The notes below the pieces were generated by a model that did not search any database, was not told the origin of the DNA, and was given only the letters and a program-made list of their open reading frames with translations. The translations under genes were made by a program, and so were the position numbers. A stretch of 64,000 nucleotides of DNA from Nitrosopumilaceae archaeon (GTDB lineage Archaea > Thermoproteota > Nitrososphaeria > Nitrososphaerales > Nitrosopumilaceae): NCBI GenBank assembly GCA_965207375.1, contig CBDBMG010000003.1:832001-896000 (forward strand). Direction: 5' to 3'. Shown one piece after another: positions 13,470 to 26,254 of the stretch. Numbering within the stretch: position 1 is the first letter of the stretch; the number at the start of each line of letters is the position of its first letter.

Positions 13470-14465
13470 AGCACCTCTCTTCCGGTTTTCTTTTATGGTA
13501 CATATATAAATGATCTAACCACATTCTGACATCACCAACTGATAATAAAACCTCTTCAGCAATTTTGGGCACAAACTAATTCAGAAGGCGAGTAAGACTG
13601 CAATTTATCAAACCTCTCTTTGATTACAGCTGATGGAGGCTTTCTCATTGGTGATATGGGTGACAACAAGGATACATACCTGAGGAGGCAAAAAGTGTCT
13701 GGCACATGTTCCTTTGCATTCATTACAGTTAGCACTACCCCAGGGCCTTGCAGGATCAGGAATTGGCAAAGGCAGATGTAAAATCAGTGGTACCAATGTG
13801 GTAGCTGTTTTGTCCACTCCTGCACACAAGATGGCAACATGAAGCATCAAAACAGCAAACAAGGAAAAAATGTATTGTGCAGGCAATTCTTTAATGCTAT
13901 GTAGTTTCTTTAACTGCCACACTGTATCAAAGTAATTGTACAAATCTGGTTTCTCCTTTTCAAAGCTTCCTTTTGCTTCTTATTACCTTTAGCATACTGA
14001 AGAAAGTATTTATGTATTTCTTGATGCTCTAATGAATTTGCTCCGTGATAAAGATGAATAACAGAGTCTCCACATGGACACTTATTCACTCGACTAATAT
14101 AAACATCAGTTGCCAAGTCCATGTTTTTGTCATACTTTTCTTCATCAATTTTTCTTGTTGTTGAGTCCATGCACGATCCTCCTAAAGTTAATGGAATAAA
14201 TACGTTGGCATGTGCCAAAGCCAGGCAGCCATTCTGTAATTCTACACGGTTTAGGTAGCTTGATCCACTATTTTGTGATGTAACAAGACATGCAATTGTA
14301 GATTTTTCTCTGTCCATATAAATTGTACTTCTTCATGTATTGGCCCTTCGTCTGCAGCACATCAGCTTGAATACAAAAAACATTGGTTTGACTTCTAGAG
14401 TTTCCTCTAACATTTCCAAGTCAGCACAGTGCTGAGATGGATTCTTTGGAAAACTCCCTACTGCT
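13470..14465 (-). pseudogene. Second, decayed member of the Zator/TP36-like transposase family seen at 19803
   Basis: NSGSSYLNRVELQNGCLALAHANVFIP, YISRVNKCPCG and LPIPDPARPWGS..C..C match ORF 19803-21524. Confidence 0.85.
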
Positions 14466-14925
14466 TTAATTATCCCAAAATAATTTTCTACCAACCATAG
14501 AGACTTCATCAATAATCATATATTGCATACTTTCTAGTAACTGTTGCAACCTTTTGAGATTCTCTCCTTCAAGGTCCTTGAACTCACCTGTAGTAGGTAG
14601 GGATGGAAGTGAGTGGAGGGTGTTACCATCAATATTAAATGCTGCCACTCCCGTTGGCGTAACAACATGGATCTTGTCTTGGAGGAGCAGTCTGAGACAG
14701 TGAGTGAGGTAAGACTTGCCTGTACCAGATGTACCCGATATTACCATACGAAAGGTAGTGGGATTATTACTCTCCATGTGATCTTTTAAGTTGTATGTTG
14801 CCAATTGTTTTCCTTGTAGTTTAGAAGAATCTGCTGCTGTTGTAAATTGATGTAGCAGAGTTGTCTGATGGTGTCTTGTAATAAATGTAGGCAACTCCTC
14901 TATGTTGGCATAGGCTGTGCTTCCG
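14466..14925 (-). pseudogene. Helitron PIF1-like helicase fragment
   Basis: GTSGTGKS Walker A, PTGVAAFNIDGNTLHS, IIDEVSMVG. Confidence 0.85.
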
Positions 14926-15270
14926 TTTAGCAGGAGGATCCTTACTACTGCCACTAACAACGCTGTCGGTCTGTGACAGAGTGGCTGCGCCCGCAGGTGG
15001 TTGTATTAAATTTGAGCCACCAGTGGCCCCACTCTTCAAGGTGGCCACATCTGACTGAAGAGTTTGTACTGATGATACGAGCTGCTTGATCAAAGCGTTA
15101 TCCAGTTGAACTGCAGATTGATCCTCGGCCATGGTAATTCGGTAGAAGAGGAGTTACTTCAACTGTCTTAGCCAAAGAAAAAGCCAGTAGAGTGGAGCCA
15201 TGTGGCGTATTTATACTAACACAGGATGATGACCTATTTTGACTGTTTTTGATCACGTGTACTTCAACAT
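14925..15270 (-). mobile_element. Unrelated GC-richer 5' gene fragment (possibly DIRS-like gag start) lodged in the Helitron relic
   Basis: ORF MAEDQS..LIKQLVSSVQTLQSDVATLK..PPAKRK abuts the helicase out of frame; no diagnostic motif. Confidence 0.3.
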
Positions 15271-15285
15271 CATATGTCATTGTAA

Positions 15286-16190
15286 TTAGTCAATTACATG
15301 TTGATATGGAAACAGAGCCTTCCGAAATGTAATTGTAGTGAGAAAGTATAAACTTACACGAAGTTCAGGTGGTACTGCACTAGGGTCCATATTGTTTGTT
15401 ACAGAATACAACTTTGGTACCTCAGAGTCAACACGACAACGGTTACATACACCTGTTACATCAGCCTTAATGCAAGGGTAACGTTCCAAACAAACATCAC
15501 ATAGCACATTTGCTAAGGCAGTCAGGGTTGTATGGAATTGCTGCATTCTCTGGGTTACTTCTGAATCATCAACTTCAAGATTTATACTTTGTGATGGTGA
15601 CAAATTATTGGTATTCTGCTGTTGCTGTCTTGGCTCTTCAATTAGAGCTTCACATTGCACTGTACTCATAGATGCACGTCTATTTCTCTCATACTCTCTA
15701 CACATAGCCAATCTATATAAAGTTGGTCATTACAGGAATATAATCAAGACAAATGGTAGTCATAATTGGAAATGGCTGCAATGTTGTGGGGACTTTCTAC
15801 ATGACACTTTGTCACAAAGTAATTGAACTGTAACCAGAAAAGCAGAGCGGTAAGAGATAATAAACATATTGTGATGTAAAAAGCACTCATCATCCCCATA
15901 TTATGTCGGCCATTTTCATTTTTGTGACATCATTGCAGATATTACCCATTTTATGTAATAACCTTGCTTGTCTCTCTTCAGTTTCATTTTGTCTTATCAG
16001 CCTATCATGATCTCTTCTTCTACTCAGTCTCTCTTCTTTCTCTGACTGACTATCAGCCAACTGCTGCTCGTCTATATATTAAATGCCAGTGCAAAATGTA
16101 AGATTTGCGTTTATAAACCTTGCGTGTCTTTCTTCATCAGTTTCCCTCTGGCTGGCAGCCAACCGTCGCTCCCTTTGCCTACCTAATCTA
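15286..16190 (-). pseudogene. Helitron RepHel N-terminal exons
   Basis: RETDEERHAR-type repeats; CDVCLERYP..CNRC..PKLYSVTNNMDPSAVPPEL motif seen upstream of Helitron Rep domains. Confidence 0.7.
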
Positions 16191-16199
16191 CATATTAAA

Positions 16200-16438
16200 T
16201 GCAACTTTAATCTACACATACGTATGTGAGTTGCTACTCGCATGCTCATGTGTGCTTCCATAGGAACACTTGGTACACTGGTGTGATGCCACTCGAACCT
16301 GAGTGTAATGCCACTTGAAACCCGAATGTATTGCTACTCGAACACAAATGTATTGCCACTTGAACACATGTCTTGTATTGTCACTCATACACACGTGTGT
16401 ACCACTCACGAGTGCGACATTGCACTAAATCTGTACCG
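16200..16438. mobile_element. One-ended fragment of the cggtacag-TIR MITE family
   Basis: Ends aaatctgtaccg|ta like elements at 8474 and 30671; ccact(c/t)gaa repeats inside. Confidence 0.5.
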
Positions 16439-16440
16439 TA

Positions 16441-17900
16441 GGATATTGAGCATATGGAAATTGCAATTTTACGAACCATAAAAACCAACATACGTATGTT
16501 TTGCAACAATTGGATTAGTTTCTTCATCATCACCGTCTATTAGTGACTGTTCAAATAAACAAAGCATATTGTTGACACTACCAACATCAACAAATCCCAC
16601 CACTTTGCACTCATGCTTATCATACGTATATACTATTCCCTCTTTAATTTTCATTTCATCAAATATTAATGCCACATAGCTACGTACTTTTGATAGTCTT
16701 CTAGTGTATCCATCTTTGTCACTGATAATAACTGTCTGGTCACATCTGTCTATATTCCAACACCAGCTTTTATATAGTGTGTATAGTCTTGTAGTGTACG
16801 ACCACATGGCAATACAAGTATATGTCTCAAAGTGTCATTTGCTGTACTTGAAATCATCTTAAGATGAAGACACCAATGAATAAGCATTGGGTACCATCGC
16901 CTCTGGGTAGGATGTTTTGCTGTATTTTGATTTGCTCATTCCAAAACAGGCAATAAAAACTATTGGAATTATACTTCTTCTGTATTTCTTCAGAATGCTG
17001 CTTCATGATCTCATTCAGTCCATGATGTAATTCGTCATCAATTGTAATACCTTTCAGTTTATTGCATTCTTTAATCCTCTCCAACAGATAATTATTTTTC
17101 TTTTGTAAATTCTTTAATTTGGATTTTATTTGAATCTTTTTTCTGTCTCTCTGGTTTATTTAGCCACCTCTCATTAAGATGACTATTCATAGTCTTAGAT
17201 GGAGGATAGTCTTAGATGGAGGATAGTCTTAGATGGAGGTGCATTTTGTCATTTAAGCCATCCGTGATATACGTATAGGTCAGAGAATTTCTCAATATGA
17301 TGTGCATTGTGAACATTTACTATTTGTCGGATGTTCTCACTGTTTCAGATAATTTTTGCTTACCATAATCCACCTCAAACTCATCGCAGCTACATCACTA
17401 GCAGAATTCAAAATTATTCCTTTTTTGTTTTTAACCATATTAATAAAATGTTCATCACGATGACCAGGACAGATGTTAAGTTGATCTAGTTGAGAAAGAA
17501 GTTTTGGTAATTAACAATCATCAATTGTGTTGGGTATATCAAACAAAGCAGTGCATACTTCTCTGCTAACTTCATGACCATGTACTGTGACCTTACAAGG
17601 TAAATCTGAATCGATAATCACTAAATGTAATATTTCCAAATTGTGTTTACGAACATCTTGTATTTTATAAAAATGGACTGGTGTATTGCAATTTGAAGCA
17701 GCACACTCCATTCATTTGATGGTAGTTTAGATTTTTTGATTCTATCAAGCATTATAAATGATGGATTTTGACTGGATAATGATAATCATGACATTGATAG
17801 TATTATTAATGTTATTGATGATGATAATGATTGGGATGACATTAGTGATGATGCTTGCCAAGCTGGTGATGATAGTGATGATGAATGACTAATTTCTAAA
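16441..17900 (-). pseudogene. P-element/THAP9-like transposase, N-terminal half, decayed
   Basis: LFWNEQ; VALIFDEMKIKEGIVY..DKH..VVGFVDVG; homologous to 41154-42569. Confidence 0.8.
17189..17239. repeat. 17-bp tandem x3
   Basis: atagtcttagatggagg repeated three times. Confidence 0.9.
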
Positions 17901-17999
17901 GTGAATATATGCAGTGAATACAAACATGCATGTTTCCCTAACTGATTGTATTAATGCATTGCTATAACTAGCTATCCAATAGCTGTGCAGTTTGGTGGT

Positions 18000-18330
18000 A
18001 CAAATACTGTATCAATGTTGTGCTCTTCAAGATCCTATCAGTGCACTAAAATTATCAAAAATGCATAAAGCTCTATGATCTTCAGGGAGTTGCAATTGAT
18101 GTCTTTTAAGGCCAATAATTTTATGAATGTATCCATGGTGATTTCATTGCACCAATGATTTGGGGTAATTACATCCCAATTACTAAGAAAAGGGGAAAAG
18201 GCACAGTTGGTAAAGAACCCTTAGTCTTACGTTGGTACACAAGCTGTAATGGTAACGACTCTCCCTCCTGTCATACTTCCTGCTAATATGTACAACTTTA
18301 ATCTACCGCTTGTCGTCATAACATATTACA
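18000..18330 (-). pseudogene. pogo-like DDE transposase fragment
   Basis: Minus strand relics YDDKR, LPLQLVYQRKT, NHW, HRALCIFDNFSA. Confidence 0.6.
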
Positions 18331-18491
18331 CTCAAATAAATATAATAATATATTAATATTACATATTAATACAATAATAAATTACATATTAATATACAAT
18401 GAAATTAATATATTATAAAACAATATACATAATGAGTACCAAAAATAGGGACAAACCTACGCAAACCTAACCCTTATGGAATTATAATTAT

Positions 18492-18827
18492 ACTAGAATG
18501 ATAAAAAATTAAAAATTTAAAAAGTAAGTAGGGATTGAACTTTGGATTCAATAGTGCTACAAAAAGTAAGGAAACAAGGAATAAGATTTTGGGACGAGAG
18601 AACATTCTGGCATGAGATAATTTATAAAAGTTTAATCCCTACTTTTGGCAAACCTACTGAATGAAGTGAGTCAAAAGTAGGGATTAAACTTTTATAAATT
18701 ATCTCATGCCAGAATGTTCTCTCGTCCCAAAATCTTATTCCTTGTTTCCTTACTTTTTGTAGCACTATTGAATCCAAAGTTCAATCCCTACTTACTTTTT
18801 AAATTTTTAATTTTTTATCATTCTAGT
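18492..18827. repeat. Perfect inverted repeat: 156-bp arms, 24-bp spacer
   Basis: 18492-18647 is the reverse complement of 18672-18827. Confidence 0.97.
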
Positions 18828-19802
18828 TTGTTTACTTTTTATACATGCTAAGCATTCAATAATCTTTTAGCAGGCGCACAAAATGTTACAGGCGCTTACG
18901 TAATAATTATGCTTGTTTACAGGTGCTTGTTAACAACACGCTGACATGGCAAAGCAGCTGTGTGATAGCAAATAACGCTCGAAAAACAGCAAAAGCTATT
19001 TGTCCAAGACTATAATCTCGAAGTTCAGGATGTAATAAAGTGCACGCGAAAACATCGTGCCACTGTAACTAATTATATCACGTGCAAGCCAGTGACGCAA
19101 TAAGCAGAAGCCGTTACAGACTATCGTCACCTTCGGTGAAATTCGCACCTTACTAAGGAATAAAGAAGAACAAGGAAAGGAATGAAGGATAAAGGGAATC
19201 ACCATGGCGCAATGGGTAAATCGTCTTCGGAATAAGATTTTCGTAAATGCGCCGCCATTACCTTTATTGTGTGAAATTTTTGGAGCCCTACACCTAGCGC
19301 AACCTGGTCTTACGGCAGGCTGGCTGGCAGGCTGGCAGGCTGTCAGACGAAATACAGGTGAATTTCGAAATTTTCAAAGTTGGTTGTAGGTCGAAATATT
19401 CGACTTATGCACCTATCATTGTCAAGCCCCAGGTACCCCAGGTCGGGCAGTGGTGGGGATGAGTGGGGATTTGCAATAGTTGGCTTACAAATTCCCCACC
19501 CCTGGGGACAACTTTATGTTGCAAATCCCCTACTGTTCCCTTAGTATGAGGTGGGGATTTGTAGGGAAATCACAAAATAATTCTGTAGCTCGCTAACATG
19601 ATATGCTTTGCTGCAAATCCCCTACTGTTCCCCATAGTATGAGGTGGGGATTAGTAAGAAAATCACAAAAATTAATGATCTACATAGCTTATACCTGTAG
19701 CCAACATAACGATACATACAGTTAGGTACATGCTACATATGTACAACAATTTCTAAATACTGAATGCTAAATATTAAGTCTTCACAAATTCCTCACTACT
19801 GT

Positions 19803-22800
19803 TTACAATTCTTCATTCAAGCATTCTTCACAATAAAAGTTTTCTGGTATGTTCTTATCATTGGTTCCCATGCACACAAAATGAAACCATTTGTCACAAC
19901 CTTCACAAGCTATCCATTTTTCTACTGTATCTGTATAATCTATGTATTGTTCGTTGCATACACCACAGTAATACACATCAGAAAGTTCACTGGCCTGCAT
20001 TGATTGATGTTTAGCCTTTCTATTCATCATACGAGTTCTTGCAGCTTTTATAGCACCTTGTTTTCGATTATCTTTAACAGTTTGTAGGTGTTGTATCCAC
20101 ATTTTCACTTCTTCTGGAGGAAGGAGCACGGTTTTAGCAATTTCTTCTATTTGAAGGTCAGATGGACTTGTCTTCAACTTATCAAATGTTTCTTTAATAT
20201 ACACTGATGGTGGTTTCACCATACCTTGTTGTGGAAGCAACATTGCAACATCAGGTGGTAAAAAATGCCCATAACATACTTTTCCTGTACATTCTGAACA
20301 AGTAGCCGATCCCCAAGGTCTAGCAGGGTCAGGGATTGGTATGGGTAAGTATGAAACATTCGGGCCATTACAGAACCAGTTAGGTAAATCCTTATAGTAA
20401 CCACTCCTGCAGAAGGGATGTGAACATGTGGGTTGGTAACAGCATACTAAATGAAATATGTATTGTGAGCTTTGTAACAAGTGGTTCTTTCTGATGTTCC
20501 ACACATTCTCAATATATGCAAAAGTGCTTGGATCGTCATCTTTCAAAGTACATTTTTGTTGTTTTGATCCTTTAAGAAACTGAATAACTTTTAACCTGAG
20601 TTCCTGATTTTTCATAGAATCAGCTCCTTCAATAACTTCAATGGTGCCTTCTCCACAAGGGCAACCATTAACCCTATTTATATAAACCTCTGTTGCAAGC
20701 TTCATGTTGTTTTTAAATTTGACAGAATCAACTTTTTTGCTTTTTGCATCTAAACATGAGCCTGCAAGAGTTGAAGGGATAAATAGATTAGCATGACCCA
20801 ATGCCATACACCCATTCTGCAATTCAACTCTATTGAGGTAAGATGCCCCACTGTTGCGTGTGGTCACTAGAGTAGATACAGTTGGTGTTTCAATATGCCG
20901 AGCTGTCCAAAAAAACTGTATTTCTTCATGATTGGGTCCTTCATCATTACCTCCGTCCACTCTTACACATTCTATTACCTTTGGTGAATTATTTACAGGG
21001 TCATTAAACACAGGTGAAAGGTGAGGAAGTGTCTGTAAAAAGGCTAAATCTGCAGCATGTTGAGCTGCATTCTTTGGGAACAACCCACTGGCTTTCACAA
21101 CCCCAACACAGACTTCCTGTGTGGTCTGTGTACCACTAAAGTTGTAGGAGGTAGTTTGCAAAGTAGAGGGATATCGATTTACATAGTCAGTATAAGTGGT
21201 AATAGATTCTTGGCCTTGTACTATTGGGGTTCTGTGGAGTCTGTGGGTTGCCATTGTATCTAGCCGAAACCCTGCTGCATCATCTCGATTAATATTTAAT
21301 ATGTGTCTTCCATCCCTGTATTGTAGTAAATTTAATCCTCGGTATAGAGCATTACTCCAATGGGAGTCTGGGTTATACTTAAGTTGAAATCCTTTTCGAG
21401 CTCTCCTACAGGTAACATGTGCAACCCCTTTGTACCTCACAGCAGATTTCCTACGTTTATTACGGGCAACACACAACTGAACTACAGTTCCATAAGAAAA
21501 ACTACGTTGATAAACCCTTTGCAAATGCTCTCTTATGCGATATTTCTTTCTTTAACATAATTCTCTATAACCTCACCAATATCTGGATAGTCTTTCAGTA
21601 TTCCTCTAACTTTCTGACTTTGCTTACGAGCTAGAAAATTCTTTTCCGCTATCATTTTAGCTTTCAAATATCGTGTTCTTCTCTGTATGCTTTTTCTTCG
21701 TTTTATTATAAGCGAACGTGCTTTTTCACTTCTAATATCATCTATTTTGATGTATTTCTCATTATCGGTACAGTCAGAATCACTTACAATTTCACCATTT
21801 ATCTCTGCAGCTTTGTGCTTCCATAGTGGTCTAATAGTATTCAGTTCATTCCAAAATGCACTGTGTGATTCATTTAACAGTTTTTGGTGCTCACTAACTG
21901 ATGACACAGCTTGTGCAAAATACTCTTCTAAGTTGGTAATAATTGTTTCCTCTTCGTCTTCACCATCACATTTGCAGCTTTCCAAAATTTGTGTAATAAA
22001 TTCATACCAGTTGAAATCTGATCCAACCAATAGTTTATCTAACTCTGATGTGGTAGGAAGAGGCTTAAGATTACTGAAACTGCTATCATGATCATCATTC
22101 TTGTCATCTTCATCTTCACTGCTACAGCTCAACTCACCCTGTATTCCTAATGATAACAGCACTGCACTTTCTTGAGTAGAGGCTATATTTTCAATGGCTT
22201 CTCTGATATCACTTGCCTCTTTAAAATAATTCTCAACTGTGGCAAAACGTTCAGTCATGTTTTGCCAACCATATAGTTTGCAAGCAGCTGTTGCAGAAAG
22301 CTGAGAAGTTTGACAGATAATGTGTCGCATAACTTCGCGTTCCCGATTGCTTTGTGCTAATGTAAGTAAATGTTTCATATCTTCTTTAGTAAAATGGGAA
22401 CGATTCTTACTACACATCTTGGACTCCATGATTTCAGTTAGCTTTGCATAATCCAAGCCTTTTAAAGCTTCAAGTAAGTAAACCTCAGCTTTACCACTGC
22501 TGGAGATGCCAATAGTAACTGCCACAAGTGGTAACTGTAAGAGTCTGCGTTTTGCCTTGGTTGATGTGTAGGTAACATCAGGAAAGCAAGCTTTAAATAC
22601 CTGAGAAAGAAGAACTAATCCATGTGCTATGACTATGTTACCTGCTTTAATCATAACTTGACAGTGAGTGCATTTTTGTTGATCATGGAACTGCATACAA
22701 TATTCATGTGCAATATAACAATACTCTACAAGGGAAAGTTCAGTGCATTTACTTACACATATATTATGCTGTATTTTAGTATAATCTTTACAGTAAGCTA

Positions 22801-22822
22801 AATACGGTTTATAAATAGGCAT
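19803..22822 (-). pseudogene. ~1000-aa DDE transposase with C-terminal PHD finger, split by one frameshift near 21530
   Basis: NRDDAAGFRLD, VRVDGGNDEGP, YLNRVE (43 residues between second D and E); C4HC3 PHD at C-terminus; ORFs of 429 and 573 aa abut out of frame. Confidence 0.75.
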
Positions 22823-22886
22823 AAGGATACTAATTGGCCTCCTTGTAGGTGGGCATGCATGGTCACTGTACTACAAGGAGGCCGAC

Positions 22887-24492
22887 TTAAAAAGGATGCA
22901 TGTGTCTTGATAACTGCAAGTTGGCATCTTCAGTAGTACTACACTGTGGGTCTTGTTCACTTACTGAAGATGCATCAGTTTTTTTGTCAGCTGCTTTACC
23001 TTGAACCAAACGTGTGGCATCAGGATGGAAAATATGCAGCCATTCATCATAGCGTTCATCTGGGAGGTCATATTGTTCCTCCAGCCTTCTTTCAAATTTT
23101 TTGATTTCTTCTGCTGTAAATTCAGTAATTCGATTTCTCTGCCTAGTAGATGGCATGTATTTTCTGATATCTCCATATTTTTTTATATCTTCAGATTGTG
23201 AAGAACTTTCAAGACTTGGCTCAGATTCACTAAAAACTGAATTTGGACTACTTGGCAAATCATAGCTCTCTACCCTTTCTGCATGATCACCAGAAGTTGA
23301 ACTGCTACTATTTTTATTGCCAATAGACTGGTATTTTTTAGATCGTTTTTCCTTAGCCAATAATTGCTTTAATTCTTCTTCAAGTTCACGACATTTGGCT
23401 TTGATTTCAGATATTTCACCAGTAATTTCATCACAAACTTTGTAGTTCTTCATGTTAGCAGCAGCATTTACCCTTTTTTCTTTAAAAGAAATTCTTTGTC
23501 TTGAATCTTTAATTTCTTCTTCAATGTCCTGGATTCGTTTTTCACGAAAATCTTTACTTAACTTCGGACGCTTGATTGCTTTATTAGCGCTATTGTTCAA
23601 GAATCTTTTTGAGCGTGAATAGCCTTTCTTGAAATTATATCCACTGTTGTATACTGCTTTTTGATCAGCCTCTAATAACATACCTCTCTTTGCTAGAAGA
23701 CTGGGTTCTCGTATAGCTATGTCTTGTGCACATTTATTGATCTCCTTTTGATAGTTGCTTAAAGGACGATTTTTTTCTTTTTTGTAAATAACTGCCTCGT
23801 CACGTACACCTTGTTCTAAATCAGGTTTCAATTGCTATATAATCAATAGAATATGTACATGAAACTAATTTGCAATTTGTCATAAAAATTAAATTACAAC
23901 AACAAATTAACTTGGAAAAGTATAAAATGCACTGTGCTAGCTGTCTAACTATATAAATTCATCTTTATTGCATGTACCTTCAAATGTGGTTTACATAGGG
24001 TCAACTTAGAAGATGTCGGACAAAGACGAAGTTGCTGAGCATCATACTTTGATGGTACTGATTCAACACTAGTTACTTCCACATCAGATAGCTAATTCAA
24101 AATCAGTGATAAAAACCATATAACAACCAAACAGACATGTACACACTATTTCACTATAGCCATATTTTGCAAGCACAAACCTGTGAAATATCACTAGTTT
24201 CCTTCAGTGATGAAATACTAGGCATGACTTCTGGCTCCAATGTCATCTTTATTACACTCTTATCAGGTATAATCTGTGTTTTCTCAATATCAATAAATAT
24301 TCCACCCCAATTAACATCCTGCAATTGAAACACGAGTCCAGGTTTTTGATGTTCATAAGGTGGCAAAATGTCAGAAAATGTTTGTAGGGCAGAGGCCTGC
24401 AGTGACTCCAGAGATGCCGCCTTGCCTAATCTCACTACCCTTCTCCTTTCACCAAAACAAACTAATACTTCCTTATCACATGTTTCTTCCAT
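22887..24492 (-). CDS. Spliced accessory gene: N-terminal ubiquitin/PB1-like domain, NAB NCD2-like domain, coiled coil
   Basis: Exons approx. 24492-24180, 24092-23978, 23836-22887; AVIYKK..LSNYQKEINKCAQDIAIREPSLLAKRGMLL..VYNSGYNFKKGYSRSK resembles NCD2. Confidence 0.6.
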
Positions 24493-25299
24493 ATTAAATC
24501 TTCGAACTACGCACGTTATTTATATGGAAAAGGAAAACGCACAAAACAACAAGAACCACGTTGAAACAAAAAAAGTTCGTACGAAATTTTATAAAGACGA
24601 GAGAATGATTTATAATACAGTATGGTCAGGTATTTTTGTATGTTTGACCTTTATACGTAGCTATTTGAATGTTCAATCTTTGTGAAATTGCTGTGCAAAT
24701 GCCCCTACCCTGGGGACAAATTTAGGTGACAATCCCCTACAAATCCCCACCCGTAGCGCGACCCGGGGTACCTGGGGCTTGACAATGATAGGTGCATTAT
24801 CGTTTCGTTTAACCAAGATACAGCATCATTACAGCCTTACCAATGCATTCCAGCTGGTTTTTTCGGGTAAAGCCTATTGCAAGGTTGATTTTTAAAGCGC
24901 AAAATTTTCCCGAAGCCGTACAATTTCTTACCAATCCCTACTATTAAGTACTACCGTACTTAATGATATACAACATTGAACACAACTTCAAAAAATCTGA
25001 TTCGTTCAGTAGCCCTACAACACACTTGTGTTGTGAATGTTTTGACATTAGCTCAAATACACGTGCATCCTTGTTATAACAGGTTTTAGGTGATGCATAA
25101 ATGTACAAAATATTTTCCAAGGTGCCAAATTGTCGATGCTAACTTTTGATAATATTCAAACATTGTTGGTGGTGCATCATCACCTGCAAGCTCTTTGTAA
25201 TTTTTTGAACCTTTATTCTCCGACAACAAAGTGTTCATGTTTGCATTATGCTTTGAATAGGCAATAATCGACACTTGAATGAAAACAAGCAAATAGTCT

Positions 25300-25780
25300 C
25301 CAATTTTGTTGGGGAGAATTCCAACCCCATCTATAATTGGGACCGCCAACATCCCTGAGTGCCAAGAAATATACCTGAACTTGCTGGTCTAATTCTTTCC
25401 CCAACAACTAAGGACTACCCTTTAATCCTTTGGGAAGCCGTTCAATGCTAACATCTTTACTATCTCATTATCCCTTGTCTTTCTGGTAATCTCATGTACG
25501 TAACTAATCTTCCAGTCCCGTACAGTACTCTCTTTCAGCTGAGGTACTTCTTTAGCAAAACGTCTTATCGCATTTGTAGTACCATTTTGTGCAGCATATT
25601 AAATTTTACCAATTCTAGACTTTTGTTCAGGTGTCAAATGCGCACGTTTTCCACCTTTGCCATCACTTTCAGCTATTCTTATAGCCACTTCTTTGTTCGT
25701 TTCCTCTATTGAAGTAGATGGTACAACCTAATTTGTTCACGCTCCTGTTTGAAATACTTGAAAAACATTAATGCCATTTT
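25300..25780 (-). pseudogene. pogo-like transposase N-terminal (HTH) fragment
   Basis: YAAQNGTTNAIRRFAKEVPQLKESTVRDWK..GEELDQQVQVYFLALR. Confidence 0.6.
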
Positions 25781-26254
25781 ATTACGTATTTAATATTTAC
25801 CAGCTACAATTAAAAGTTTCTTGACCATTTATTATTTGCTAGAAAATATTTGCGATTGCTTCCAACTTTGTGAAATTTGTTTGATTCCCAATATAAGGTG
25901 TTTTGTACTTGTCAAATTACGCACTAATTTATCTAGTGATGCTTCATACGTATACTGTAAAGTTTCGAGTTGCCCGTACTTCACTTGATCTTTTAAGATT
26001 TTTAGTTGCAAGGCAGGATATGCAAGCATTTCCATTGCAAAACAATTTTTGTTCTGAACTGTCTGGGAGATTCTCTATAGCTACACTCAACTACATTTGT
26101 GATGTTATATTGAAACCCACAATCAAATCCTATAGGGCTCACTATATAAAGGATTGATCAATACCTACTATATAAATGGAACTTCTGCAGATCAAAGCTA
26201 GGCCTCTTTATATATTAACAGGTACTCGTTATTGTTGGGCTCTATTTTATTGTT

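Larger units (their letters stand above)
19408..24796 (-). mobile_element. 5.4-kb two-gene TIR transposon (Zator/TP36-like DDE), TTA TSD
   Basis: 32-bp perfect TIR tgcacctatcattgtcaagccccaggtacccc; TTA on both flanks (19405-19407, 24797-24799); ggggattt/aaatcccc subterminal repeats. Confidence 0.92.

Noticed and set aside
18648-18671. Hammerhead ribozyme in the palindrome spacer
   Set aside because: ctgaatga does not match the CUGANGA core and no properly placed GAAA with stems was found.
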